Counted from the first letter of the stretch, positions 9,931-24,024 are shown. The stretch is 64,000 nucleotides of DNA from an uncultured delta proteobacterium (GCA_963842085.1 CAWJET010000001.1:2944001-3008000), one strand, 5' to 3'. Notes: generated from the sequence alone by a model not told the origin. Numbers and translations: made by a program.

Positions 9931-10553
9931 ATCGTCGTACCGGGAGAACTCGTCAGTAAGGCGTGGCGCAGCAACCGGCGGACGTAGGCACGCATGTCTT
10001 TGCGATTCTTGTGACCCGGACGAATCAGCAGGTGATACATGATCGCGCCTCCGAGCATGTCCTGCAAAATTTCCGGATCGGCTGCTTGGGCCACCAGGCC
10101 TCGCGCGCGCGCTCGATCGATAGTCTTGGCGACGAGCCTGCGCCGCGGGAGCAAATAGGTGTTCCAATAAACCAACATCAGCTTCGGAGAATCCGGTAAC
10201 GAGCCGACCAGTTTTGCGACCGTCCTCAGATAGCCCCGCCTGGTAACCGTCTCGGAAAGCGCGTTGGTCAGTTCGTCCGCCATTCGCTTCGGCGAAACGC
10301 GGGCCGCCGTCAAGGTTCGCTCGGGCGCTTTCCTGGACATGTCCATCGCGTGGGCGAGCAGATCTTCCCGCGACGACCATCGACGGTAGATGGTGGTGCG
10401 CGCGACGCCGGCGCGTCGGGCAATCTGCTCGAAGCTCGCACCCTCGAGGCCGTGCTCGACAAAGAGTTCGAGCGCCGCGCGAAGCACTGCTGCATCGGCG
10501 GCCGGATCGCGCGGCCGCCCACGGCCGGCCTTCGCATGAGGTTTCGCGGTCAT
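9927..10553 (-). CDS. TetR/AcrR family transcriptional regulator
   Basis: GRGRPRDP...IARRAGVARTTIYRRW helix-turn-helix. Confidence 0.9.
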   Translation of the reverse strand: MTAKPHAKAGRGRPRDPAADAAVLRAALELFVEHGLEGASFEQIARRAGVARTTIYRRWSSREDLLAHAMDMSRKAPERTLTAARVSPKRMADELTNALSETVTRRGYLRTVAKLVGSLPDSPKLMLVYWNTYLLPRRRLVAKTIDRARARGLVAQAADPEILQDMLGGAIMYHLLIRPGHKNRKDMRAYVRRLLRHALLTSSPGTTI

Positions 10554-10558
10554 ATCGC

Positions 10559-11395
10559 TCAGGCGTTGATCCGGAGCTTGCGAAACATCCTCATCCGGCG
10601 AAGGCTGATCCAATAGATCAGGCCTGGGAGCGCGCGATTAATTCGCCAGATCCATCGAACTGCCGCAGGAAAGACGATCAGAGCCTGGTTGCGGGACACG
10701 CCGCGCAGGATTTCGCGCGCGGCAGCTTCGGCGCTTATCTGGCGGATTGGAAAATGAGAACGCCGGCTTACCCGGACCACCTCATCGTGCGGCATATTCA
10801 TTACGACCATGTTCTCATAGACGCTCGTCTTCATGTCACCCGGACAAACCGCGCTCACCTTCACGCCCAGGTCAGCTCCTTCAAATCGCAGCGAGAGCGA
10901 GAGCCCGATAATCCCGTGCTTGCAGGTGCAATAGGATGCATTGCCGGGCTGCGGAGTCAGGCCGCTGGCGGAGGAAACGTTGACGATGTGCCCGTGTCCC
11001 TGTTTGACCATCACCCGATACGCGTCGATCGTCCCGTAGATGACGCCGTGCAGGTTCACCGCGAGCACGCGGTCCCACTGTTCGATCGAGACGTCGCGCG
11101 CGTCGCCGCCGATAAAGATCGCCGCGTTGTTGAAGATGTAATCGAGGTGTCCGAACTCGGAGACCGTGGTTTCAATCAGGCGCGCAACGTCCTCCTGCTT
11201 CGAAACGTCAACCGTTACCGCGCGAGCGCGTCCGCCGCCCTGCGCAATGCGGGACGTCACCTGTCCGGCGGCGTTACCGTCGATATCGGCGACCACGACG
11301 ACGGCTCCTCGGCGCGCCAGCTCCTGGCACAGGGCCTGTCCCAGGCCCATGCCGCCACCCGTGACGATCGCGACTTTGTTCTCAAACTGTTCCAT
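10559..11395 (-). CDS. SDR family oxidoreductase
   Basis: VTGGGMGLG, NNAA, YCTCK catalytic YxxxK. Confidence 0.9.
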   Translation of the reverse strand: MEQFENKVAIVTGGGMGLGQALCQELARRGAVVVVADIDGNAAGQVTSRIAQGGGRARAVTVDVSKQEDVARLIETTVSEFGHLDYIFNNAAIFIGGDARDVSIEQWDRVLAVNLHGVIYGTIDAYRVMVKQGHGHIVNVSSASGLTPQPGNASYCTCKHGIIGLSLSLRFEGADLGVKVSAVCPGDMKTSVYENMVVMNMPHDEVVRVSRRSHFPIRQISAEAAAREILRGVSRNQALIVFPAAVRWIWRINRALPGLIYWISLRRMRMFRKLRINA

Positions 11396-11400
11396 CCTGT

Positions 11401-11433
11401 AAATACGATACAGACCTGTATCGTATTTGTCCA
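11401..11433 (-). promoter_or_regulatory. sigma70-like promoter with an overlapping 13-bp inverted-repeat operator (probable TetR site)
   Basis: AAATACGATACAG-ac-CTGTATCGTATTT (11401-11428). On the minus strand: TGGACA-N17-TATCGT, 9 nt before the SDR ATG. Confidence 0.75.
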
Positions 11434-11477
11434 GCTTCGTGCATATATCCGGCTCGAGTCAACCGCGCCCGGGCAGC

Positions 11478-12767
11478 TCAGTTCATCTGCAGATGACTTG
11501 CTAGTTCGGTGACGCGAGCCGGATCGATTATGACTATTGCGGCGGCGCCGACGGCGAACATGATCGCGAACCCAGCCATCAGGCGCAGGTAGAAGGCCGG
11601 CTGATGGCTGGTCTCGGCCACAGCCGACTTGAAGATCGCGTTCACTCCGGCCGCCAGCGTCAGCCCGATTACCGCGTCGCGCGCCGCGCTGGTGCCGGCT
11701 TGCACGAAACCAGACAGTGTCAGCGAGATCGCATCGACGTCCACCAGCCCGCTGATCGCCGACACCACCATCTGGCCGCTGTATCCCGCGTAAGCCTTGG
11801 CGACGCGGGTAACCAGCAGCACCACGGTGAAGACCACGCCGAACTCGAGTGCGGGGCGGATCGAGAACGGGTTGCGGAAGGTGGTATCTGGCACTTGGTG
11901 GCCTTTTTTCGCAGCCGCCGGCGCGAGCACCACGGCCGCGGCGAACCCCGCGATCATCATCGCGGCGAACGCGGGGCTGGCCGCGAGCGCGAGCGTCGGG
12001 CTCACCAGGACGACCAGCAGCAGCATCCGCGGGAACAGTATCGCATTGGCGATTATCGAGTAGCGGGCCGCCGAGACTGCGGACTCCGGCGCGTCGGCAA
12101 CTGCCCGCGAGATCCCGGTGGTATAGGCAGTAGTCGAGGCGATCGCGCCGACGATCGCGGTGAGCAATGCGCCGCGCTGCTCGCCGGTAAACTTGGTCAG
12201 GAAGTAGCCTAGATACGAGACTCCGGATACGAGGATTACGAACAGCCAGATCCTGCGGGGCTCGAAAAATCCAAATGGTCCGTAACGGCCGCTTGGCAGC
12301 AGCGGGTAGATGATGAAGATCAGGGCGAGAAAACTCAGCGTGTCGATGTATTCGCGATCGGAGATCGCGTCGCGCACAAAATGACGGAGCTGGTCGCGCT
12401 CGGCCAGGATCGCGGCAAGCACGATCCCCAGCCCGGCGCCGAACTGACGATCCGCGGTCAGGCAGAGACCGGCCAGCACGAAGGTCGCCAGCGCTGCCAG
12501 CTCGGTGGTGATTCCGTTGCGCTCCGGATGCTGCGCGCGCATCACGAGCACCGCGCCGATGGTGCCGGCGAACAAGGCGATGGTGATCGCCGCGCTGCCG
12601 GAGTGTCCCGCGACCGCGCCGAGCAGCGCGATTATCAGGAAATCGCGCATCCCGGGGCGCGGCGTGCCGTGCAGGACGGGTTCCCGGGTGCGGCCGACGA
12701 GGAATCCGATCGTCAGCGCGAGCAGGAATCCCACGGCGGGTGAGTTGGGGCCGGTCAGCTCGGACAT
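11478..12767 (-). CDS. MgtC/SapB-family, DUF4010-domain membrane protein
   Basis: PGMRDF, GITTELA, LIFIIYPLLP, SGVSYLGY, ISGLVDVDAI. Confidence 0.8.
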   Translation of the reverse strand: MSELTGPNSPAVGFLLALTIGFLVGRTREPVLHGTPRPGMRDFLIIALLGAVAGHSGSAAITIALFAGTIGAVLVMRAQHPERNGITTELAALATFVLAGLCLTADRQFGAGLGIVLAAILAERDQLRHFVRDAISDREYIDTLSFLALIFIIYPLLPSGRYGPFGFFEPRRIWLFVILVSGVSYLGYFLTKFTGEQRGALLTAIVGAIASTTAYTTGISRAVADAPESAVSAARYSIIANAILFPRMLLLVVLVSPTLALAASPAFAAMMIAGFAAAVVLAPAAAKKGHQVPDTTFRNPFSIRPALEFGVVFTVVLLVTRVAKAYAGYSGQMVVSAISGLVDVDAISLTLSGFVQAGTSAARDAVIGLTLAAGVNAIFKSAVAETSHQPAFYLRLMAGFAIMFAVGAAAIVIIDPARVTELASHLQMN

Positions 12768-12791
12768 CGAGAGCGGAATGTTACCGGATTG

Positions 12792-17180
<4,389 letters not shown>

Positions 17181-17183
17181 GGC

Positions 17184-18209
17184 TTAGAACCGAAATGAGC
17201 CGGTCAGCCAGAGCGCATTGCCAGTCGATCGATTTTGCGCGGCGAATTCGAAGTCGTACTTGAAAGAAAAACTGATCGGTACTCTCAGGATCGGGACCGT
17301 CGCTCCGAGCAGCGGTCCCAGCCCAATCACGCGCCCTTTGAATGCGCCCAGCGTCGCACCGCTGCCTGAGTCGGGCGTCGTCTGCTGAACGGCGTAGCCG
17401 GCCACTCCGGCAATCAATCCGTGCGGCAAATGCTGCGCGAGTACGAAGTCCGCGTGAAACTCCTGGCCGCTCAGGTAATGCGTCGAAGGATTTTCAGCGT
17501 TAACGGTGTAGCCGGCGAACAACGACGCGTGCCGGCCCGTCTCTTCGTCCAGCCAGGTCACGCCGACGTCGGGCTCCACCGCCCATCGATTGAGCCCGAT
17601 GTCGATAACGCGGCGCCGGTCGTAACTGCCCGTCGGCGCATAGAACATCAGCGCACTGACCAGGTGAAACTTCGAAAAGTTCCAGTTCAACATCAACGGC
17701 GACACGATCAGATCGCCAAATCCCCCAACCGTCGAGCGCTGACTCGAGCTAGGCCCGCCAATCACCGTGGTCCGCAACGTCTGATCGGCAATTCGCGTCT
17801 GCGCCAGCGTCGCCACTCCCCAGTTTGCGCCGAAAATCCGCCACGGCGTCGTGTAGATCACAAACGTCGCGTCGGTGTAAGTGATCGTATGCGTATGCAA
17901 TCGCACCGGCGCGTTCTGCGGCTGCGCGGTAAGACTCGCGTCCTGAAATAGAAAATAATTTTTCACCAACACGCCGCCAGGCGCCGGCAACATTCCGGCA
18001 AACAGATCGACCTGCCCTGGCCGATAAGTGCCGACTCCGTACTCCGACGCGTGCAGGACGCCGGCGGCCAGCATCACCGCCACGACGACCGCGCCGCTAA
18101 TCAAGCGCAGTTGGCTCGCAGCGCTGCCACGATATGACCGTGCGCACTTCCACGACGGCATCGCGCCGCGCGCGGGCACTCCTGCCCGCATGATGGGGAA
18201 GGATCCCAC
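17184..18209 (-). CDS. Outer-membrane beta-barrel (SphA / phenol MetA-pathway-like channel); start codon uncertain
   Basis: Signal-like segment; GFGDLIVSP, YAPTGSYD, YAVQQTTPDSG; C-terminal aromatic strand (..WLTGSFRF). Confidence 0.75.
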   Translation of the reverse strand: MGSFPIMRAGVPARGAMPSWKCARSYRGSAASQLRLISGAVVVAVMLAAGVLHASEYGVGTYRPGQVDLFAGMLPAPGGVLVKNYFLFQDASLTAQPQNAPVRLHTHTITYTDATFVIYTTPWRIFGANWGVATLAQTRIADQTLRTTVIGGPSSSQRSTVGGFGDLIVSPLMLNWNFSKFHLVSALMFYAPTGSYDRRRVIDIGLNRWAVEPDVGVTWLDEETGRHASLFAGYTVNAENPSTHYLSGQEFHADFVLAQHLPHGLIAGVAGYAVQQTTPDSGSGATLGAFKGRVIGLGPLLGATVPILRVPISFSFKYDFEFAAQNRSTGNALWLTGSFRF

Positions 18210-18220
18210 ATCACTATAGT

Positions 18221-18236
18221 TGCAAGCGGGATGCCA
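18221..18236 (-). promoter_or_regulatory. sigma54 (-24/-12) promoter
   Basis: Minus strand TGGCATCCCGCTTGCA = GG-N10-GC with TTGCA, just upstream of the barrel gene. Confidence 0.65.
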
Positions 18237-18459
18237 CGCTCTTTGCTAACTGGAAGTCACCGAATCGCTCCAATTGCCCGCGCCAGCCAAGCAAAGACGA
18301 CGGTCATCGCAACCGCGCGTCACATTGGAACAGCAGATGGCACGGTCCCTTCTTCTCTTTTGTCGTTGTCCGTATCCCAACCTCTCCTCGGACAACGACT
18401 ATGGAATGCGGTCGGTCGCTTTGGCGGGAATGCGCGGGCAGCTGAGTCTCTGCGTCCAG

Positions 18460-19272
18460 CTACGACTTCGCTTTCTTGAAGTTTGGCTTGCGCTTCTCCA
18501 GGAACGCCGCGACGTATTCCTTGTGCTCGGGGCTTACGTAGCATTTCTCGAGCGCGAATCCCTCGAACGCCATCGCGGTCTCGAGCGTGCCCTCGAGCCC
18601 CTGGTACAGCGCCCTGCGCGTGAACGCCAGCGACGTCGGCGAGCATTGCAGCATCTCGCCCGCAAGCGCGCGCGCCGCCGCGGGCAACTCGGCGAGCGGC
18701 ACGACGCGGCTCACCAGTCCCATCGCAAGGCATTCGGACGCTGCGTATTGCCTGCCCGTCAGCATCATCTCGGCGGTGCGCGAAAGCCCGATCAGCCGCG
18801 GCATCAGGTAGCTTGATCCGAGCTCGCTCATCAGGCCCACGCGCGGAAAGATGACGCCCATCTTCGCGTTGTCTGACGCGATTCGCACGTCGAACAGCAG
18901 CGGAATCGTGCATCCCACCCCGAGCGCGTAGCCATTGATGGCGGCAATCGTCGGCTTGAATAGGTTGCGCATCACCTGCGGCAGCGACGCGACCGCGCGC
19001 GCTCGACGCTCGGTCGGGGCAGGCTTGTCTTTTGCTTCGCGCGTCTTGATTTCGGCCGCGAACATCGACATGTCGGCGCCCGCGCAGAACGCGCGGTCGC
19101 CCGCGCCGGTCATGATGACGACGCGCACGCTGTCGTCGGCATCGGCGCGCAGCATCGCGTCGGTGATCTCCGCGCCCATCGTGGCCGTGTACGCGTTCAT
19201 CTTGGCGGGACGATTGAGCGTAACCGTCGCAACTTCGTCCGCCACGTCATAGAGGATCGTTTCGTATTCCAT
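18460..19272 (-). CDS. Enoyl-CoA hydratase/isomerase family protein
   Basis: TLNRPAKMNA, AFCAGADM, KPTIAAINGYALGVG. Confidence 0.9.
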   Translation of the reverse strand: MEYETILYDVADEVATVTLNRPAKMNAYTATMGAEITDAMLRADADDSVRVVIMTGAGDRAFCAGADMSMFAAEIKTREAKDKPAPTERRARAVASLPQVMRNLFKPTIAAINGYALGVGCTIPLLFDVRIASDNAKMGVIFPRVGLMSELGSSYLMPRLIGLSRTAEMMLTGRQYAASECLAMGLVSRVVPLAELPAAARALAGEMLQCSPTSLAFTRRALYQGLEGTLETAMAFEGFALEKCYVSPEHKEYVAAFLEKRKPNFKKAKS

Positions 19273-19512
19273 CGCTGACCCCAATTTTGTCATTCTGACC
19301 GAAGCGAGCAACGCGAGCGCAGTGGAAGAATCTCGGACAGCTTCGCGCCGGCCAAGCCGGTACCGGTTCCGAGTCGCTGCGTCCAGCTGCCTGTGCGTAT
19401 TCCATCCCTGACTCCAATTTTGTCATTCTGACCGAAGCGAACGACGCGAGCGCAGTGGAAGAATCTCGGACAGCTTCGCGCCAGCGAAGCCGGTACCGGT
19501 TCCGAGTCGCTG
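19263..19512 (+). repeat. Tandem duplication (period 133 bp) of a family A element plus the hydratase start region
   Basis: 19263-19379 and 19396-19512 are near-identical: CGTATTCCATC.CTGAC.CCAATTTTGTCATTCTGACCGAAGCGA...GGTACCGGTTCCGAGTCGCTG. Confidence 0.9.
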
Positions 19513-19518
19513 AGCTCC

Positions 19519-19626
19519 CTACCGCTTTTTCCGGCCCTTCTTGCGCGCCTCCCTGGTCTTCGCCTGCATTCTCGATTTTTTCCGTTTGCGCCGCCGCTTG
19601 ATTTCTTTTTGCCGTTCGCTTGCCAT
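19519..19626 (-). CDS. Small highly basic protein, 35 aa (possibly DUF6800-like)
   Basis: MASERQKEIKRRRKRKKSRMQAKTREARKKGRKKR*; GAGAGG RBS upstream; below the ORF-track length cutoff. Confidence 0.6.
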   Translation of the reverse strand: MASERQKEIKRRRKRKKSRMQAKTREARKKGRKKR

Positions 19627-19648
19627 CTAACCTCTCTTCTTTTCTTCT

Positions 19649-20443
19649 TTAGTCCAGCGGGACCGTCCGTTCCACCTTTGCGCCCGAGTCGAGATGGATT
19701 CCAGCCGATGTCACATAGGGCTTGCCCTTGCCCGAAGTATTTTCCACATAAGCGTCGTAATCGCCCGGGTCCAGTTTGAAGCGATGCTCGCTGCCCGGCT
19801 CGCTCTCCGCGACTTTGGTCTGTGTGCCCGCGCGCAGGATCACCACGCGCGTCGAGTTGTCGATCGGAATTTTCGACATCACCGGCTGCACCACCAGCTC
19901 GGCCTTCACGACTTCGTCGAGCGTCAGCAGCGCACGATGGCCGGGGGCGAGCGCCACCGCGTGCCAGTCGTAGCCTTGCGGCGGCGCATCGACGTGCACG
20001 TCGACCTGGCTCGGCGCGAACAGGTACTTGTCGCCCGTAATGAAGCTCGCGACCTTCGCGTGCGGCGAGTCGGTCGTAGTGACGGTCACGCCGAAGCCGG
20101 GGTCATTGCCGCTCTTGTCCTTGACGCTGACCTGCATCACCGCGACGTTTGCAATCATCACGGTGTGCGTGCGCCCGGCCTCGATCTGCACGCCGTCCTT
20201 CACGATCTGCCCGCCGACGATCGGCAGCACGAGTTTGTACTCGCCCGGCGGCAAGGCCACCGACGAGCCCGCCGTAACCTGGCCGGCCTCCTTCCCGTCC
20301 GCCGCTATCACATGCGCCGGATTCTTCGCCCCCGCCCCCTCGTCCCCCATCACGTCGAGCTTTAGATTCCCGGTTTGCGCCGCGCCCACAATCGAGACGG
20401 CTGCGAGCAAGGCAGTAGCGGCAAGCAGTCGAATCGATCTCAT
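19649..20443 (-). CDS. Secreted hypothetical protein with repeated beta-sandwich modules
   Basis: Signal peptide MRSIRLLAATALLAAVSIVGA; repeated LPPGEY / LDPGDY turns; GGAG RBS. Confidence 0.7.
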   Translation of the reverse strand: MRSIRLLAATALLAAVSIVGAAQTGNLKLDVMGDEGAGAKNPAHVIAADGKEAGQVTAGSSVALPPGEYKLVLPIVGGQIVKDGVQIEAGRTHTVMIANVAVMQVSVKDKSGNDPGFGVTVTTTDSPHAKVASFITGDKYLFAPSQVDVHVDAPPQGYDWHAVALAPGHRALLTLDEVVKAELVVQPVMSKIPIDNSTRVVILRAGTQTKVAESEPGSEHRFKLDPGDYDAYVENTSGKGKPYVTSAGIHLDSGAKVERTVPLD

Positions 20444-20543
20444 TTCTGTCCCAACTCCCCGTAAGAAGAACTTTGCATAACCTGGCTCGCAATTCTTCCC
20501 CTCCGCCGACAAGGGAGAGAATGAAGGTGAGTATCTTTCCTTG

Positions 20544-20622
20544 GTCAGCCTGACGAAGCGAGCAACGCGAGCGGCATGAAGGATCTCCGACAGCGGCGCG
20601 TAAGTGCCGCCGGTTCCGGTTC
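20544..20622 (+). repeat. Family A element, diverged copy
   Basis: GTCAGCCTGACGAAGCGAGCAACGCGAGCG..GAAGGATCTCCGACAGCGGCGC-GTAA-GTGCCGCCGGTTCCGGTT. Confidence 0.75.
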
Positions 20623-20671
20623 CGCGTCGGCGCATCCAATGAGAAATCCGCACGCCTGCGCCCCGGCCCCG

Positions 20672-20910
20672 GGAGATGAACTTTTCACCCTGACCAAGCT
20701 GGATTCGACGTGCTACTCATACTGCATGGACAACCGTTTGGATTCCCCGTACTCGCCAAATCCCGCCCAAAATCGAGCGCCAACAGCCTCCGACAAAAAC
20801 AAAATTTTGACGGAACGAACCCACCGATGGTAGTGACATCGTCCCAAAACCACAAGGGATGGTATGAATTGTCTTTTTCGGCTCCATTCGGTCAGGCGGA
20901 CATCGCGCCC
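20672..20910 (+). repeat. Family B dispersed element, copy 2
   Basis: TGAACTTTTCACCCTGAC...GGATTCGACGTGCTA...TTTTGACGGAACGAACCCACCGATGG...CGTCCCAAAACCACAAGGGATGGTATGAATTG. Confidence 0.8.
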
Positions 20911-20977
20911 TTTACCCTTAATGATGCTCGCGCGCCCTCCGTTTCCACTTATCGATGCGTCGCGTTAGGTTGTCACC

Positions 20978-21349
20978 ATGCCCTCATCGAGCGCGCGCGT
21001 TGAAGCATGGAAGTCCGCGTGGGAAAGCCGCGACCCGGCGCGCGTCGTTGCGCTTTACACTCGCGACGCGACCCATCAGAGCGCGCTCATCGCAAAAATC
21101 TATCCGGAGCTGGGCAGGCTCGCGCTGAATGGCCATCATGAAATCGGCGTGTACGCGCGCCGCGGCCTCGAGCGCTACACCGACCTTAGCTTCGAAATCA
21201 TTACGGTCACCGAATCCGGCGATCGCGCCGCTGTCGAATACCGGCGCCATTCGAATCTCGATGGCGCCAATCCCGCGCACGTGCTCGAGCTGATCGAATG
21301 GCGCGACGCCCTGATCAGCGCGGTTCGCGTCTTTCATTTTGGCGGATAG
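20978..21349 (+). CDS. SnoaL-like / NTF2 family protein
   Basis: AWESRDPARVVALYTRDA..GDRAAVEY fold pattern. Confidence 0.75.
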   Translation: MPSSSARVEAWKSAWESRDPARVVALYTRDATHQSALIAKIYPELGRLALNGHHEIGVYARRGLERYTDLSFEIITVTESGDRAAVEYRRHSNLDGANPAHVLELIEWRDALISAVRVFHFGG

Positions 21350-21356
21350 CCGCAGG

Positions 21357-22733
21357 ATGAAGCTCTCGACGCGACTGCTCGGCAAGTCCTACCGCTTCCG
21401 TTCCATCAAGGAACTGCTCGCACGCGCTAACGAAGCGCGCTCGGGCGATGAACTGGCTGGAATCGCGGCGCGCTCCGAGCAGGAACGCATCGCGGCCAAG
21501 GCGGTGCTCGCCGATCTCACGTTGAACGACCTGCGCGAGAACCCGGTCGTTGCCTACGATCGCGACGAGGTGACCCGCGTTATCGACGACGCGCTCGACC
21601 GCGACGCATTTGCCGCCGTGCGCAATCAAACGCTTGGCGAGTTTCGCGAATGGCTGCTCAACGACGCGACCACCGGCGACGCGCTCCTCGCGACCGGCCG
21701 CGGAATCACCGCCGAGATTGCCGCCGCGGTCGCCAAGCTGTGCACCAATCTCGACCTGATCGTGATCGCGTCGAAAATTCGTGTCGTCACCCACGCGCGC
21801 ACCACGCTTGGCCTTCCGGGGCGCCTCTCGACGCGCCTGCAGCCCAACCATCCGCGCGACGATCTCACCGGGATCGCGGCCGCAATCTACGAGGGCCTCG
21901 CCTACGCAACCGGCGACGCGCTCATCGGAATCAACCCATGCATCGACGAACCCGACAACATCCGCCGGCTGCTCGAACTCACCGCCGACATCATCGAGCG
22001 CACCGGAGTGCCGGCGCAGAACTGCGTGCTCGGCCACATAACGACGCAGATGCGCGCGCTCGAAGCCGGCGCGCCGATGGACATCATGTTCCAGAGCCTG
22101 GCCGGCACCGAGAAGGGCAACGCTGGTTTCGGCATCACGGTCGCGATGCTCGACGACGGCTATGCGATGATTCGCGAGACGGGCCGCCTGCGCTCAGCGA
22201 AACCGAACCTGATGTACTTCGAGACGGGGCAGGGCTCCGAGCTGTCGGCCGGCGCGCACGAGGGCGCCGACCAGGTCACCCTCGAAGCACGATGCTACGG
22301 TCTCGCGCGCCGCTACTCGCCGCTGCTGGTCAACACGGTGGTGGGATTCATCGGGCCTGAGTATCTGTACGACGCGAAGCAAATCACGCGCGCCGGCCTC
22401 GAGGATCACCTGATGGGCAAGCTGCTCGGCGTCCCGCACGGCGCCGACGCGTGCTACACCAATCACGCGCGCGCCGATCAGAATGACTGCGAGAATCTCG
22501 CCGTGCTGCTCGCCGCCGCGGGATGTAACTACTTTATGGGGGTGCCGATGGGCGACGACGTGATGCTCTCATACCAATCCACCAGCTATCACGACGCCGC
22601 CGCGCTGCGCGCCGTGCTCAAGCTGCGTCTCGCGCCCGAGTTCGAAGATTGGTGCGAGACTCGCGGAATCATCCGCGACGGCCGACTCACCGCACGCGCG
22701 GGCGACGCGCGAATCTTGATGGACCAACAATGA
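21357..22733 (+). CDS. eutB: Ethanolamine ammonia-lyase, large subunit
   Basis: RSGDELAG, RLQPNHP, MYFETGQGSELS, VNTVVGFIGPEY, CYTNH. Confidence 0.95.
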   Translation: MKLSTRLLGKSYRFRSIKELLARANEARSGDELAGIAARSEQERIAAKAVLADLTLNDLRENPVVAYDRDEVTRVIDDALDRDAFAAVRNQTLGEFREWLLNDATTGDALLATGRGITAEIAAAVAKLCTNLDLIVIASKIRVVTHARTTLGLPGRLSTRLQPNHPRDDLTGIAAAIYEGLAYATGDALIGINPCIDEPDNIRRLLELTADIIERTGVPAQNCVLGHITTQMRALEAGAPMDIMFQSLAGTEKGNAGFGITVAMLDDGYAMIRETGRLRSAKPNLMYFETGQGSELSAGAHEGADQVTLEARCYGLARRYSPLLVNTVVGFIGPEYLYDAKQITRAGLEDHLMGKLLGVPHGADACYTNHARADQNDCENLAVLLAAAGCNYFMGVPMGDDVMLSYQSTSYHDAAALRAVLKLRLAPEFEDWCETRGIIRDGRLTARAGDARILMDQQ

Positions 22734-23497
22734 AAAAACCTGGCCCGGATTCCGATTTCGACGCGATGCGCAAATCTACGCCTGCGCGCCTTGGTCTTGG
22801 ACGCGCCGGTCCGCGCTACACTACGGCCGCGATGCTCTCATTGCGCGCGGATCACGCGCGCGCTGTCGATGCGGTCATGACACAGGTCGCGCAGGACTGG
22901 CCGCGGCGCAACAGCTTGCTCGAGGTTCACTCTCAGGCGCTCACGCGCGAGGACTACATCCGCCATCCCGAGCGCGGCCGGCGTCTCGACGCCGCCGATG
23001 CAAAGCGCGTCGCGCGGCTCAAGCTGCGTGGCCGCGGCAAATCGCCGATGCCGAGCGTATTGCTATGCATTGGCGACGGACTTTCATCGGCTGCCGTCGA
23101 AAAGAATGCGGCGCCGCTGCTCCGCGCGCTCACGCGGCTGCTCGCGCCGCGATACCGGCTCCTGAAGCCAATCTTCATTCGCAACGCGCGCGTCAGAATC
23201 GAGGACCATCTCGGCGAAATCCTGCGCCCCGACGTAGTATGCATGATCGTCGGCGAGCGTCCCGGCCTCGTCACCGCGGAGAGCTTGAGCGCCTACCTGA
23301 TTTACCGGCCCACGCTCAAATCGATCGAGCCCGACCGCACCGTCATTTCGAACATCCATCGCCGCGGCATTCCAATTGCGCAAGCCGCCCGCAAAATCGC
23401 AACGCTGCTCGAAGATGTTATCAAGTTTCAAGCCTCCGGCGCCCCCCTGGCCAGGAAAACTTCCGATTCCCTCCCACGTTCGTCGGGAGAGGGTTAG
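22730..23497 (+). CDS. eutC: Ethanolamine ammonia-lyase, small subunit
   Basis: TPARLGLGRAG, DHARAVDAV, DGLSS, IVGERPGL, SNIH; ATGA overlap with eutB. Confidence 0.93.
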   Translation: MKKPGPDSDFDAMRKSTPARLGLGRAGPRYTTAAMLSLRADHARAVDAVMTQVAQDWPRRNSLLEVHSQALTREDYIRHPERGRRLDAADAKRVARLKLRGRGKSPMPSVLLCIGDGLSSAAVEKNAAPLLRALTRLLAPRYRLLKPIFIRNARVRIEDHLGEILRPDVVCMIVGERPGLVTAESLSAYLIYRPTLKSIEPDRTVISNIHRRGIPIAQAARKIATLLEDVIKFQASGAPLARKTSDSLPRSSGEG

Positions 23498-23505
23498 GGT
23501 GGGGG
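23467..23505 (+). repeat. Family D (CCCTCCC...GGGAGAGGGTTAGGGTGGGG) REP-like element overlapping the eutC stop
   Basis: TTCCCTCCCACGTTCGTCGGGAGAGGGTTAGGGTGGGGG; degenerate relatives at 20496-20531 and 63063-63099. Confidence 0.6.
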
Positions 23506-23589
23506 ACCTCTTGCGGCGCGATTGCCCGATGCGCCGCAATCTCCCTGCGCTGGCGCCTGCTCATCCGAAAAACTACGCTGAAAACTGCC

Positions 23590-24003
23590 ATGTCCGATCG
23601 CGAATCAGCGCTCGCCGCCAACCGCGCCTTTTACGACGCCTTCGAAAGCCTCGACGCGGAAAAGATGGAAGCGGTCTGGCTTAAAGACCCGCGCATCATT
23701 TGCATCCATCCCGGATGGCGCAAACTTTCGGGATGGGGTCCGATCATGTCGAGCTGGGAGCGCATCCTCGACAACGTGTTCGAGATGAAGTTCGAGCTCG
23801 GCGAGATCGAAGTGATGATCAGCGGCGACCTGGCGATCGTCGTGGTCGAGGAAAACCTCACCCAGCGCGGCTACGACGGCACCCAGCGCTCGAACGTGCT
23901 CGCCACCAACGTCTTCGAGCGGGTCGGCACTGCATGGTTCATGGTGATGCATCATGGCTCGCCGGTGATCGCGCCGCCCGACGACGAGCCGCCGCTGCAA
24001 TAA
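23590..24003 (+). CDS. SnoaL_3 / NTF2 family protein
   Basis: ANRAFYDAFESLD..CIHPGW..ATNVFER..MHHGS. Confidence 0.85.
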   Translation: MSDRESALAANRAFYDAFESLDAEKMEAVWLKDPRIICIHPGWRKLSGWGPIMSSWERILDNVFEMKFELGEIEVMISGDLAIVVVEENLTQRGYDGTQRSNVLATNVFERVGTAWFMVMHHGSPVIAPPDDEPPLQ

Positions 24004-24024
24004 TGCGAGGACAACAGTTCGACG

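Noticed and set aside
19288-19512. Possible mini-CRISPR array
   Set aside because: Only two units of ~90-117 bp, far longer than CRISPR repeats; dispersed copies elsewhere; no cas genes
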